24,000 nt of DNA from the NCBI RefSeq assembly GCF_011758565.1, contig NZ_JAAMOX010000001.1:821838-845837 (forward strand), read 5' to 3'. Below the pieces are notes generated by a model. The model was not told the origin of the DNA. It searched no databases and saw only the letters and a list, made by a program, of their open reading frames with translations. The DNA comes from Lysinibacter cavernae (GTDB lineage: Bacteria > Actinomycetota > Actinomycetes > Actinomycetales > Microbacteriaceae). Made by a program: the position numbers and the translations under genes. This document shows positions 23,203 through 24,000 of this stretch, piece after piece (within the stretch, counting starts at the first letter, position 1; every line of letters starts with the position of its first letter).

Positions 23203-23813
23203 CCCAAGCATCCGGCAACAAAGCGCCTGCGGAGTTGCTCGACGCGACCGAAATAAGCTCAATCCGGGATACGGTCGCCCGCGCAGTCCTTGATTCCTCA
23301 TCAACCCTGCGCGCCGAGCTCGAAGCCAGCGACGAGGCCTACCTCAAACTCGTTGCGGCAAGCAAAATCGCGGCCGACGAAGCGGCGAACATCCTGCAAG
23401 AATCCATCACGGGCGCCCGTTCAGCCGGCCACAGCTGGGATACCATCGGCGCCATCCTTGGCATCAGCCGCCAGGGAGCACAGCAGCGATTCAACTCCCC
23501 CAGCGCAACGTCATCCTCGGTCAAGACAAACGTTGCACCCGGCAGAAAGATCCTCAGCCCGCTCACGGCCTTCAACGAGATGGCCGCCCTCGAACGCGAA
23601 GGGAAACTCGGCTGGCATTCCGTTGACTACGGCACGCTGTACCACCTGGTCGAGGCATCCCCAATGCAGTGGGAGCATAAGCGATTGCCGTGGACGCCGG
23701 GGCAATCGGCGCGAAAGCGCATGGAGGCAGACGGCTGGGTTCAGATTCGCGAAGAAGGCTTCCCCTGGGCCTACTTTAAGCGGCAGCTCGACCTGCCAGC
23801 ACTATCCGGATAG
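23199..23813 (+). CDS. Hypothetical protein with a central helix-turn-helix motif and an uncharacterised C-terminal alpha/beta domain
   Basis: 204 aa. The HTH-like segment ARSAGHSWDTIGAILGISRQGAQQRF (about nt 23430-23492) is of the type seen at the N-terminus of many actinobacterial small regulators and Clp_N-associated proteins. The C-terminal half (EREGKLGWHSVDYGTLYHLVE...ADGWVQIREEGFPWAYFKRQL) loosely resembles DUF4177-like folds; that is a weak recollection. GAAGGAA ribosome-binding site is present, and the gene is ATGA-coupled to the upstream gene. Confidence 0.65.
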   Translation: MTQASGNKAPAELLDATEISSIRDTVARAVLDSSSTLRAELEASDEAYLKLVAASKIAADEAANILQESITGARSAGHSWDTIGAILGISRQGAQQRFNSPSATSSSVKTNVAPGRKILSPLTAFNEMAALEREGKLGWHSVDYGTLYHLVEASPMQWEHKRLPWTPGQSARKRMEADGWVQIREEGFPWAYFKRQLDLPALSG

Positions 23814-23837
23814 GTATTCGTAAGCCGAGGCTTCTTC

Positions 23838-23903
23838 ATGAGTCGTAACTGTATGAGGCAATCCCTTTGGGTTGCTCATTATCACAACAGAAAGTACTCA
23901 TGA
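23838..23903 (+). CDS. Candidate 21-aa upstream leader ORF (MSRNCMRQSLWVAHYHNRKYS)
   Basis: ATG 23838 is preceded by GAGG (23827-23830). The stop TGA (23901-23903) overlaps the downstream ATG (23900-23902) as ATGA. The ORF lies in a 44% GC patch. It is very short, so coding status is unproven. Confidence 0.3.
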   Translation: MSRNCMRQSLWVAHYHNRKYS

Positions 23904-24000
23904 AGAAGCAAAGTCTCAGCATTATGTCAATGGTCCTTGCCGGAACGGTTGCGATGGGCGGTATCTCAGCCACGATGCTCACGGTGGATACCTCAGCCGC
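23900..24000 (+). CDS. Secreted or membrane protein, N-terminal fragment (runs off the window)
   Basis: MKKQSLSIMSMVLAGTVAMGGISATMLTVDTSA has a lysine-rich n-region and a hydrophobic h-region typical of a Sec signal peptide. AGAAAG lies 5 nt upstream. Only 33 codons are visible. Confidence 0.5.
   Translation, partial: MKKQSLSIMSMVLAGTVAMGGISATMLTVDTSA

Noticed and set aside
1-24000. Mobile genetic element, prophage, genomic island, CRISPR array, rRNA or tRNA
   Set aside because: I saw no integrase, transposase or recombinase motifs, no long terminal inverted or direct repeats, no spacer-repeat periodicity, and no tRNA or rRNA-like sequence. The only compositional outliers are the aquaporin CDS and short AT-rich promoter or leader patches, and these are reported separately.

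Overview
High-GC window (roughly 62-65% by eye). Codon usage, LAXTG sorting signals and TANNNT -10 boxes point to Actinomycetota, probably Micrococcales or Microbacteriaceae-like; that placement is an inference. I can support about 21 protein-coding genes, two of them truncated at the window edges. I saw no rRNA, tRNA, CRISPR array, transposase, integrase or phage genes. Most of the window is ordinary chromosome: YbdK-type ligase, AI-2E transporter, AqpZ-like aquaporin, SDR, CoaBC, NRDE protein, a TetR/DMT divergent pair, GNAT, SAM methyltransferase, nitronate monooxygenase and two LAXTG wall-anchored proteins. The best candidate for an undescribed system is the tightly coupled three-gene cassette at 3368-7474. 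It encodes a TasA/camelysin-like exported protein, a SipW-type (Ser-His, ER/archaeal-type) signal peptidase, and a 922-aa exported protein with a seven-blade RCC1 propeller. Both cargo proteins carry the same unusual extended signal-peptide motif. Other points worth a second look: (1) the aquaporin gene is almost completely free of G- or T-ending codons; (2) a textbook leaderless promoter sits inside an array of four alternating TTGACA/TGTCAA boxes, upstream of an ATGA-coupled small-membrane-protein plus HTH-protein pair; (3) GTAGACT -10 boxes recur 6-8 nt upstream of start codons; (4) a 564-aa membrane fusion protein lies behind a 311-bp unexplained leader; (5) a 21-aa upstream ORF and a 14-bp inverted repeat mask the start codon of the last gene. 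All functional calls come from motif recognition by eye; no database search was run.
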